A stretch of DNA of 64,000 bases from positions 2,294,001-2,358,000 of the forward strand of contig JAYWIR010000033.1 of assembly GCA_036172245.1 (NCBI GenBank), given 5' to 3'. Source of the DNA: Raillietiella orientalis (lineage: Eukaryota). Below the pieces are notes generated by a model, which saw nothing but the letters and a program-made list of their open reading frames with translations, had not been told where the DNA came from and searched no databases. The position numbers and the translations under genes are program-made. Shown here in pieces: positions 12,601 to 24,600 of this stretch (its first letter is position 1; the number at the start of each line of letters is the position of its first letter).

Positions 12601-15600
12601 CCAGGAATTCAGGGAGCGAAAGGAGAAAAGGGGGAAAGAGGGTTCCCCGGAGAAATCGGAAGACGCGGAGAGACAGGTCTTCCAGGCACGCCCGGTCCTC
12701 GTGGTCCTAAAGGAGAAGCAGGTTATCCAGGTAAAAAGAAGGGAAGGGAGAAAAACTGGCAATACGCTTACCCGTTCGCGCGGCTCCCTGCCTGGAAAGG
12801 CGAGCGGGGCGAAACGCTGATAAAGGAGGAACCTTCCTCTTCCCCGAGGAGCGAGGGTGGTATGGGGAAGTGTGACGGGAGAGGACCTCCGAACGTTTGC
12901 TCACTCTTTCCGGCAACAGAGCTCCCCCCGCATTCGCTGCGGAACCTCGAAATCCTGGAAGACGGAACCTTGGACGCTTGCCGGTGGAGAATCAAGGAAA
13001 AGGGAAGCTGCTCTGTCGAACAGCATCGCTGCTCCTTTTTTTCCCTTCGCTCAGAGAGTGCAACCCGAGTGGCTTGCGAGCAGCAGCCATTTGCAAACGG
13101 CGGCTAACATTCGAAATTGGCGATCTTCTCTGGTCGGGCTGATGTGACCGCGCTAAGCCCCGCAGGGCAAGAGGGGAAAGCTCTTGCGGGTTCCGGGACC
13201 GCCTACGAATCGCCAACTCTCCACAGCGTAGCACACCTCACCCGGCAAGAAACGAAACGGACTGAAAAGCCCCGAAGATCAGGAAAGCAGGGCTGCTCTC
13301 TCTGCTTTTAATGCGCCCTCAGCGGATCGATCGGGTATGCGTGTTTTCAGCAAGCACCAGTCGTTCCTTCAGCACGCGCATCCCTCCTGCCGAAGGAACG
13401 GAAGCCGCAGCCACCTCTCGAAAAGATCTCTCACCGCCATCAAAAGCCCTGCCATTTGGGCCAACGCGAGCCATTCCGCGTTTCCGTTCGTGGGAGGATG
13501 CGCCCATCTCACGCACCGAGGATGCCTTCATTCGAAATTGACGATCTGCGGCGCCAATTCGCGGCTGCAGAAGCTGGGAGAGCTTTTCTTCGGTGAAAGG
13601 TGAAATGGAATTCCGACAAGGTTCGTCCCAGGCTGGGCTGGGAGTTGCTCGCTGCGCGACCTACACCTCCGTAGGCACGCGTGCCTTGGATCCCGAAGGC
13701 GCCCATGAGGATGAGAAACTGAACCACACTGCAAATCATTCCTTTCCACGGAAAGCGGCATGGCGGGCTCTTCGAGAGTCTGGAGTTTCCTGCTGTTTCA
13801 TCTTCAGCGTTGAACGCTGTCGAGCAGGGTCACATGTAGCAAATAGATCGATTGTCCCCCATGCCAATTCGCAGTCTCTACTACAAGCGAAATTGGGTGT
13901 GGAGGTCGGTCGTGGTCTAGACCGACGTCTACACAGCTGCACAGGACACACTGCGGAAAAATTGCTTGGAACCACACAAAACGTTGCTACTGCTGTGGCC
14001 AAACGGACCACGCCCAGAGCTCCCTATGAAAGCGTGACGGCAGACTGAATATGTCTGATTCGTTTCGCAGCTAGCCATCGACTGTACCATCTTGGGTTCG
14101 AATCTTTCCCGAAACTTTCGAATCCGGAATCTCATGCGGCCCAAATAAACCGCTCAATTCATTTGCTCCGTCCAAAGAAAAGCAACTGAATGCCGAAAAG
14201 CTCCGATGCTGGTCAAAATCCTGCTGGTGGGATGGGCCACGGACCTCGGGGGCAAAGTAGGATATCGTGGACGAAACCTTGCTTGAACCAGAGCTCATCA
14301 TTTCATAGTTGATTTTAAATCATACAGATATCAAACTAGTCTTGAAAATAGTTCGCAAACTACATTATGGAGTTTATATTTCCCCTAAATAATTTACTAA
14401 CATTAAATTAAAGTTTGCATTATGCGGGACACTGCCAGGTGCCAAGGACTTTGAGTTTTTTTTTTTTTTTCTGGAAAAATCGGTCACGTGCTTTTGCAAC
14501 ATCCGAGATGGATCTTTGTGGAATTTGCTGCATTTGTTGGGCTGATTTACGTTTGCTTCAATGTGAAAATGATTTAATTAGAATTTAATAATTTATTTCT
14601 TTTTGAAAGTTTGGATGGATGGACCAATAAACTTTTGGGTTTGGCGTTCCTAGATGTAGAGGTTCACTATTCGGTATAACTAATCTTATCATTTTGATTA
14701 CAGTTTTCTATGCAAGGTGGCTGTAAAGACTTGTAGCTGTTCTTTGAACCATGAATTTGTAATTTGTAATTCCAAGTTTGTCACATTGAACATTACATTG
14801 GGAGTATGCATGATTCCTTCAAGAATAAATTGATTTTTCTCATAGTGAAGTTTGTTTACATCTGTCTTTTTCATTCCATTTATTATCCACGTGACTGTAA
14901 AAAAAAAAAAAAATGCTTGCATTGCAACTGGCATAAAACAAAACAGTTACTATAGAGACTGATATCAGTAGAGAATCGGACCATGTCATCTTCGGAAGCT
15001 GGTAACGAGCTTTGTGTTGTCACTGGGAAAATCGATTTCTTTGCTTCTGCCATTCGGCAGTTTGCATCATATTTCTGAAAGCAATCCGAAATCCTGGCAG
15101 ACCTCATCCCGGGCATTCTCTCAAAAGAGGACCAACGGGCAGCGGCAATTCCGCCGTCCGACGATCGCCGCGATGACTTATCGTCAGGACAGCAATGGAA
15201 GACAAAGGTCCTCCAGGTCAAAAGGTACAAGGTACAAGCCACGGTGTACTTCAGCGAAAAGGGAAGCGTTGGTGTTTCACTTGTACCACCCTGCACTTGG
15301 GTCCTGACATTCGGGATTCTTCTCTGTATCAGAGCATCGTGAGTTGGCAAAAATTCAGCTTCCCGTGATACGTCATGTGCGTTTTCATCTCTCCATGTCA
15401 ATAGTGTGTAATACTTCTGAGAAGGAAAAGCATTTTTGTTTTCTATCCTTCTTTTCAAACGCATCGCAGTGGTTCATTTTAGTAGTCGTTGGGGAATCTT
15501 CGATTGCCACACTTCTTTGTGGCAATCTTCTTCTTCGGGAAGACCTCGATAGCCTCCCTTTTGGGCCACTTTCCATTTCTGGCGTTTCAACTTGTGATAA

Positions 15601-18600
15601 GAACTTCTTTCATGAAGAATGTTAGGTGCATTCTCGCGAACGAGTCGCACTTCGCAAGTGACAGCCACCCTCTGGCATTCCTCTTAGTGTGTTCTCTTGT
15701 GCCTTGCCTGCATGATTCTCATGTTCCTAGTAATATTCAGGGATTGTAGAATTGAAGATTGTGCAATTGAGGATCGGTTTCGCCGTATGAGAGGCAATAC
15801 TGATCTACTTGGTTATGAGACCAATACTCAAGGCGTCTCTGTAGGCGTCATGAGTCTGAAATAGAAATCTCTAATACTTCTGTTAGAAGTTTTTCCTTCG
15901 ACAGTGTGGTGATGATGATGTCTGCTGTGGGAGTTTTATCGGATGTTGCCTTCTCAATTCTTCCACATAATTCGCCAACGAATGTTCTCTTTGTCCATTT
16001 TCCTCGCTGTTTTTCTTTCACACCTTCCTTTCTTCTGTGGAGGAATCTTGCTCCGAATGGGCAATAAATTTCAGTGGGATTCGCGCCACTGCTTCCTGTT
16101 TCCTAGTTGCCTAGGTTTAATTTTTACTGAGGCTCAACAATCGGAGTATCCTTGGTAACCAAATGACACGCACCATCGATCACAATAAGCGGTTTATTTT
16201 TAGCTTCAGATCCACAGCAGAAGCAGAATTTAGTTCTCATTACAACTGTCGTTCACACGATGCAGCGGTTCAGATGCTCTCTCAAAGATAAGCGTTGAAT
16301 CACAATTTTTTTTTTTTTTCTACCAAAGCTGCCTTTCTTTTGTTAACACACAGAGACATGCATTCCCTATTCTCCAGCCTTCCAGCTGATGTCGGGTGAC
16401 ATTCTTCTACTTGACATACACTGGAGATGCATCAGCGGCATTACAAAAATACATACATTGCTTCAAAAAAGAAAAAAGATGAAATGAGCAACGCTTACAT
16501 ACCCAGCTGCCAAGAGGTCTGCATCCAATGATCAGTTGAGGTAATCTTCGGCTTTGAATTTCCTCTCAAAAGCTCGAAAACGAGATAGGAATGTTTGAAA
16601 GAATCATTCTTTTTATCCGTTTTGTCAAATTTGGAAAAAGCAAGGTGAAGGTCACTCTTGGGAGATAAGATGTACTACTAGAAGTGCCTCTTACGGAAGC
16701 TGTAACGACGTTGTTTTCCTCTGGCAATTGGGCATGTGATTTAAATGGCTGCTTGCTGCGCCAAGCATGAAAAATTCGAAACCAGCTGCAGAATTCGATT
16801 TTTTCTGGCCACTGAGCCAGGCGACAAGAGTTAATTACTCCCTGCATCTGCTTTGCTGAAACGTGATGACCTTTTTTCTCCACGGCTGAAATTAGTGCAT
16901 TTGACGAAATGACACGCATGAACGCAATATAGTGTGCTTCACCACTAAACTCACAAGAAAAGAAGAAGAAGAAGAAGGAACCTGAGTGGAAAGAAGCAAC
17001 GTTATGGAGTTGCTCCCAGACTGCAAGAAACAGTCCAAGTAATTCACATGGCTGCAGCCAAAACTGACCTGGAAGTTTGACTTGCTTGCCAAGGAGAATT
17101 ACTCAGCTGATCATGTGGGAAAAGACACGTCGCACTGTGCTTTGAAAATCCCCACTTGGTCCAAAACAGAGGTCGGTCCATCTGCAGACCGCTGAAACAA
17201 AAAGATTGAGCCCCATAGCGAGGGTTGAGGGCTTTCAGTCTCGTAGGATGAATCTGATTCATCATCGTATGCACTTCAATGTACATAAATAATTGCGTTT
17301 TTACAAATGTATTGTAGCGGACCGAATTTATGTTTACGATGACCATTCGCTTCGTTCTTTTCAGTTTTCACAGTTGATTTGTCCCCCCCCCCCCCACCAG
17401 AACGTCATAATAACAAACATCCTTGAAGTATGTTGTTATCGGAGAGCTGACAACAAGCAAAGCCTATATCTTTGGTGCATCGGCGTGGAAGAATTCATAT
17501 GTGACCGACACAGGAAACGTGACATTCCAAGAATGCGTCGTGGCTCTAAGCTTTTTCCGAGTAACGTGTCGAAAGTTCCTGTGGGTGCAGCAGATATGAC
17601 CCTTGCCATCTTTGCGAATGCATTGGAAATTCTAAGAACTAGAACGGCGTTCATTTGAAAGCTTACGTTGCGACTGATTAATAAGAGTGGTGAAGTCGTC
17701 AAGATGGAGCACACTTCTTAATATTATTATAACAACAGTGATACCGACATAATGGGTCAACCTGCGACCCGTTACGATTAAGATGGTTGGCCCACCGCTG
17801 GTCCAAAACGGTTCGGGAAAAATTTTCACAAGGAATGTCGGTTGATTAGGTTTTTCAAGTGCAGAGTTGGACCCTGGACAACCTTCATTCTTCTGCCTAA
17901 CGTTTCTGCCGCGTATTCTTTGTTCCCTGTTCGCTGCCAGCAATTCTCGCAAGCGGTGGAGTGAGTACCCTTATGAGCTCATGAGATATGGAGCCACTGA
18001 TTCTGCACATGTAGCAAATGGTTGCATACCTTGAGTTCGATATGGTCCGTTCAAACAAATGTGCGCTCTGAAGGAGCTCTATGATGCCGAAGTTTTCTGA
18101 GATCGGAATTCGACTCTCAGGCTTTGGACTGAAATTGGTGAGATCGCACGTCAATTTCACCTTTCCACTCGAGAAGAGCCAAATTTTTGCGACGGATTTG
18201 TCTGAGTATACTGCGTTTATGTACACATGTATGTACCTTCATGCTGTTTAATGATTTGTCATCTGAAACCAAATTGGTTTAACACTGAGGATTTAGCCAT
18301 TCCTAGGATTTCCTGGTTTGGATGGAAGGGATGGACTCCCTGGAGAGCCAGGCTTAGATGGCATACCTGGAAGAAATGGATTGGACGGAATTCCCGGAGT
18401 CGACGGGATCCCTGGACTTGATGGCTCACCTGGTCCTCCAGGATTCAATGGAACTGATGGTATTCGTTAAATTGCATGAATTCTTGTTTGGATGCATTCT
18501 CCAAACACTTTCTCTAGACTAAAACGATGCGAAAAGAATCTTGTAGCCCACCTACACTGTGGCCATTAATTTAAAGTAAATATGAATTGATTACTTTAAT

Positions 18601-21600
18601 TTGATGTTCGATCGACTTTCGATAATTATTAATATACATTATGCAATACTTAAGTTTCGCATTAGAGAATTATTTACCAATGGAATGTTTTCTTTCAGAT
18701 CTGACATGAGTTGCAATATATTTATAATATTCTTTGAGAGCTTCGAAGAATAAGAATGTTTTGATCTATGAATATCTTGAACGTTTAGAATATTCATAGA
18801 TATATAATCTGCTATAATATCGTGAGCAAAATTAAGGACTTGTAGATTTTCGAAGAAACGCTGAAATTGGTGGCAATGCTATGCAACCATGGAAACGCAT
18901 GTTCATCTGAGTAAAGAACTGCAGCTTATTTCCAATGCATCAAGGCAATGCTTGAGCAGTGAATTATTTGTTTGGTTGTTTGGTTGTTTTCATTTATTCA
19001 TTTTGTCAGCATCATAGAATCAACCGTGTTTCCTCACTGTACACGCTTTGATTTGCTTGACCCACTCGATTCGCTCTCATTTGCCGGACTCCGAATAAAG
19101 GGATCCAAAACTCCATTTTCTCCATCTCACACAGCACTGCTGCAAATATCTAAGTGGAACGAAAATCACGAGACGGTTTGGAGCCGCTTCTGCTGCAGAG
19201 AAAATTCCAAGATCGCTTCGCGTTTACAGGTGTTTGCTTTGACGCTGAAGGCGTAGTCGAGGGTTCGAAAAAGCCTCTTCTGAGAAGCCATTACACATGC
19301 CTTCAGAATAATAATAATACAAAAAAAAAAAAAATGAGAAGCTGGAAATCGGCTTCCACGGATCAGAGAACTGCAACAGAAGCAGAAAGCATGCGTTCGT
19401 GTCATACGATGTTGTTTTGCCATGACCAACGAATGCTATCAGCATTCGTGTCGTTAGGAAGAATAATGGCTCTCGCAAACACAGTACGCGGAAACGTATT
19501 TCAAACGATCTCATTATCGTTAACTTGCACGCCGGACCACTTCAAAGTTGCATAGATGCAACTGAAACCGCATCTGGGAACATGCTTGTCTGCAGGAAAT
19601 CAGAATCAGCTCTGTCAATGAGTGCCCGAATCGGCTTGTCGGCGGATGTTTGTGATTATTCACACCAAACACTTCTGTTTTTTATTATTATTATCATTTT
19701 GACTTTGGTTTTCTCGCTCAAGAAAACAGTGGATGTGAACTTTAGGTCAACAAACAGACCCCTCTGCAGAGCAATTTATTATTTAGAATTTGGAAGATTT
19801 AGAATCTTTTGCCAAGTTTTCGTTCAAAATCCATTTTGCATTGACTTTTAGGAAATTTCTCTTTCAAATGCATTGTTGTTGCCTGTTGGCTGAACTCACT
19901 GTTGCTTTAAGAAATTTCTCCTCCGGATGCATTGTTGCAATGCTTGGAACACTCTCCACGAGAATGCATTTTTGTTTCGTGTTCGTTGAACGCATTGTTG
20001 CTTTAAACAATCCTTCCTTCGAACGCATTGTTGTTGCCTGTTCGCTGAACGCATTGTTGCTTTAAGAAATTTCTCCTCCGGATGCATTGTTGCAACGTCT
20101 GGAACACTCTCTACAAGAATGCATTGCTGCGCAGCGCGATCATAAAGGCACTAAAAAGCACACAATCCGTTTATAAATGAGCATGATTCCGAAAGAGACG
20201 GACGCACAGCACGCAGCCTGTACCTATGTAATCGCCCGCTCGTTAGCAAACTCGCATGCCCTGTTTTGAGAGAGTCTGCGGGTGAGAATGCGCTTTTCAG
20301 TATTTGCTTATGTTTCTTTTTCTTTAAAAAAGCAATGTTTGTAATTCAGGAAAAGATGGAGAACAAGGCCCGCCAGGACCTCTTGGACCAGAAGGACCAT
20401 CAGGTAAATTTTTGCAAGCTATCAGTCAATCCCATTGTGGGAGCGCTCCCCTTGACTACCTTTTATTTTCGCGCCAGCGGCTTTCTACCTTCCTTCTCTT
20501 CCTTACGAACTCACCAAGTGCAATTTTGGGGGACCACGGTTCCTCTGTTACGGAGAGAATCGAACAAACGTTGAGAAGGAGAAAAGGTGATGACAGTTGT
20601 AGATCGTCGAAACAAGGAGCCACTATCGGAGAGATGAACAGGATATGGTGAGAGTTCCCTTAGAATCTGGAATTCCTGCGGAGCGTTTGGCTAGGCTGGA
20701 AGCCATCGATAACAATGAATAGCTCGTTCTATCTTCTCTTCAGGAAGGCTGACTCATCAGGATAAACTATACGCACTAGCGAAGGCTCGAGTTTCTTGGG
20801 GGGGCCAAGCGCTGTTAGTCCCAAATCTGTAAAGGAGATAGAGTAGCTGACTGCCTGGATGATTTCCACTGATTCATCTGCTGCAGGACATCAACTTCCC
20901 GTTACGCAAAGAATACCGCGAGCTTCTGAAATTCGAAATTCTTCTCCTGTTTTAAATGCGCGGAATATCGAAATGCACCGAATTTCATGTCCGTTGCTAC
21001 GGGAGGAATTTCAGTTTGCCATACTTGACACGGGATCCGTTTCTGGATGAACTACAGATTGCAAACTGAACATTCCTGTAGCAGTTTTAAGACAGCAACA
21101 AAAGATTCGCTCAAACCTCCAAAGAACCTCACCAAAGGGGAAGATTTTTAGAATTTCTTCTCAGACATGCCCTTCAAAGACGTTTGGTTTGACTCTCACA
21201 GGTGACCGATGGGTATGTGGAAGCCGCCTCTGTCAGGAATGAAAAGCACGCAATTGTGACAAACACAGCAGAGTTACGAGCAGCGTGGTCGAAAAACCTC
21301 CGATTGAATCCTTCGGGATCAATTTTGAAAGAGGGTAGGGAGGGGGGAAACAAACTCGGACGCATAGAGTAAAAAAAAAAAAAAAAAGCTGTCTTCTCAA
21401 GACCATCTTTCCATGAAGCACGTTCCTAACGACGCCCTTCCATAGGCATCGAGAAGGCTTTCGCCAAGAAAATCGGTGCTGTGTCTTCGGCAAACGGGGA
21501 AGCCATACAAACAAACATTCCACATGCACTCATCTTCTGAGGATCTCTGACGTCACACGGACTGCATCAAAAAGCGAAAAACGATAAACACGCTTTTGGA

Positions 21601-24600
21601 TAATGTTATTTGTACGGAAGAGGCAGATCTCTGGAAAAGCAGAGACAATAGATTACCCTTTCAGATGAAAGGGGAATCTATTGAATATAGGAATAGGATT
21701 GTGATAGTTGCAGCATCCCCTAATTTTAGTCGCCTAGTTTCGAAGGAATTTTCTGTTTAGTGAGCGTTGGAGATTCCTCCGGTTTGTTCCCGAATTCTCC
21801 AGATGCTGTGAATGGAAGAAAGCTCCTGGAGCGTGGAGTTCGTCGACTCCATAATCGATCATGCTGTCCGTGAAGGGAGAGAGGAATTGGATCCTAATGT
21901 TTCACTGTCTGTGTCGGATTCAAAATCCTTCCCCTCCCATATACAGCAGGCGGATCAACCTGAACCTAGATGATTTGAGCTTCATATCAATGAGGCGGGG
22001 GAGTGGAGGGGGGGAAAAGGCATCGTTTTGACTCTTGCAACTTTCCCGATCTTGATATGAGGTCAGGTTCGAAAGAACTGAGTCATCGGAAGTACGGAAA
22101 TTCATCCCTCGCTAATACAGCTGCGGGCCGAATCTCAGAACTAGAAAGAAACACATCTGAGGAATATATGAAGAAGCTCGTCTGAGACCGCCTAGACGAG
22201 GCTGCAATTGGGGAAGCCTCACTTTCCACCTGGAGTCGTTGCAGGCAATTTTCATTCTTTCTCGAGGAAGTGATTCTTGTGCTCATTCTTAGCCGACACG
22301 CTTCCTCGGCTTTCCTCTCTTCGTATTTCCCCAACTGAGGTGGCTGCCTGTTGCTTCAAAGTCTCAGTCCGTCTGGATGCGTGCATCTCCGCAGCCCTTT
22401 TGTACCCTTCCCTCACTTGTGCTGCCATGCGCGAGCCACATGGATTCGTTTCAGGGGGAAGGGGGGGCACTTTGGCTCTTTGGTGAAGACAGAAAGCTGC
22501 ATCATCACCCGTCGACAAGAAAGCATGGGAGGAAATACACATACGCGTGCTCGCATGCGGGTACCACAAGCATTCAGACGAGGGAATTTGTAAACAGAGC
22601 CTGGAGACTTGACATTGACATAGGATGAGACAAAAAATTAAACTCTAAGGTTCTCAGAGGATCTAGTACAGGGATTTACGGTACTTTCATGTTGGAAAAT
22701 AAATCGATCGAGGGAAAGCCATCGCTTGCTTTGGACAGCAGCTTGAGCGAGTCATCTCTCGTCTTCTGCCTGGAGAGCCATGAGAGATTTTCTTACCGTC
22801 ACATCGAGCATGCAGCTCTCCTCAACTTGCTGGTGCCCGTACGAGCTGGACACGCTATAAAAGGTGAGCATCACTCGTGCAGGAAATAAGTGTTACGGGA
22901 TAAGATATTACACCGTGCACCCTTCCCGTCCTTCGAAGGACGTGGCAATCTAATGGGCAAACTCAAAGAGAAATGGTGCAAGAACGGCGGGAGCCGACAT
23001 CCTAGGCAACCTAACTTATCCCGGGACTCATCTCAAAGCTGTGACCGTACCCCACACTTAAGAAAAATGCACAGCCGTCCTACTCGATGTCTGCCATTCT
23101 TTTGAAAGATCAAAGGCAGCTTTGGGAAGGAGTCACGAAGAAGGGAACTTTCCCTCCAGAGGAGTGCCGGCATCAATCCGAAATCATTGGAGCAATCAGA
23201 GTGTCATCCGAAGTATTCGGTCCAGTGCCGTTGTGGCTGCCGCTGGCATTTTTGGAATCTTAAAACTCTCAAAAAGAAAAAACAAGCAGTGGGACGAGAG
23301 AGAAGATAACCTCCTAGGGTAACTTGAGATTCTTCCCACGTATGGGGATCAAATGAAGTACATGATGGTGTGTTCTGGTGTGCGGCATAGATAGAACATC
23401 CCCTAAATCTTCTGGATCACCAGCCAAGATAAAGCAGTTGCAATAGCGGCTCCGCGACAAACGGTTCCCGATGTTTCGCTTTTTTGCCACTCATGAGAGA
23501 AACAAGAACGCTTTTAGAAGCATAGCTCTTATTTGTTCCAAGGATGCTCTCATTTTCTCTGAAAACAAGTTGAGGCACTGAAGGTTTGGTTGCGCTTGGT
23601 GTCTGCAAGGGAGAACACAAAAGGTGTCATCAGTCTTGTCTTTCAATGTTCCTTTGCAGTTACGGGTACTTCATCAAAAACCCGAGTCGTTTTCTCATAG
23701 ATCATTCGGTGAAAAGTTGTTCTCTTTAATGGAAGTTCTGCAGTCAAGTCGACATTTCCATCTGTGCTTCTCTCTTGCTGCCTACGTTTCCAATCTTTGG
23801 CCCAAAGTGTGCTTGTACTTTTGCGATGAAATAAGGCGGGTTGCGAGCGCCCGAGGGCGTGGAGGCGTCGCCGTCACTTCAGAGAACTCATTCTCTTCGA
23901 GTTCCTCGTGCATCTCACCTTACCCATCTCTGGAATGAGTGCCCAGCCAATCGCATGGCCTCCTATCTCCTGAGTGTAACTCTTGCTCTTTCAGGTCTTC
24001 CTGGCCCGAGAGGACGCTCGGGAAAGCCTGGACTACCTGGAACTCCAGGCACCCCGGGCATCAATGCGTGGTTGTACAACGACACAAACACGAAAAGCCT
24101 TCTCATTCCGCCGTCTCTAGCTGTGAAAGAGCTCTTCACGAGTGAGAAGCAGCCCCAAGCGCTGGTGCTGAAGGAAGGGGAGAACCTTCGCATTGACTGC
24201 GCTGCGACCGGTCGACCGACCCCCACCGTCGCCTGGTTCAAAGAGGACGGATCCCTTTATCCTTTGGGGTCCTGGCACAGTGAGTACCTCGAAGGCAGAT
24301 CCCGTGGTCGGATAAGGCTGAAATTTGCACTTCGAAGCTGATGATGGGGAGGATGAGGTTGCGGGGAGAGATGGGGAAACAAGCTCGATACGTAATCCTG
24401 AGTGCTTTGCTCTCTCTCTCCGAGGAAGCGACGCACGCTTTCTTTGAATGGTCGGGGTGAACGTGACGCTTGGTGTTCCCCTCGCCTCCTAACGAAGACG
24501 AGAACCGCTGGCTGCTTCCTGGTTCCTGGTTACGACCAACCACATTGCGATGCATATTTTTTGCACGGGTGCAGCAGCCCTTCATCTTCCCCGCGCATCT

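Noticed and set aside
19870..20128. CRISPR-like or regulatory array
   Set aside because: Eukaryotic context, degenerate tandem units without unique spacers, no cas genes
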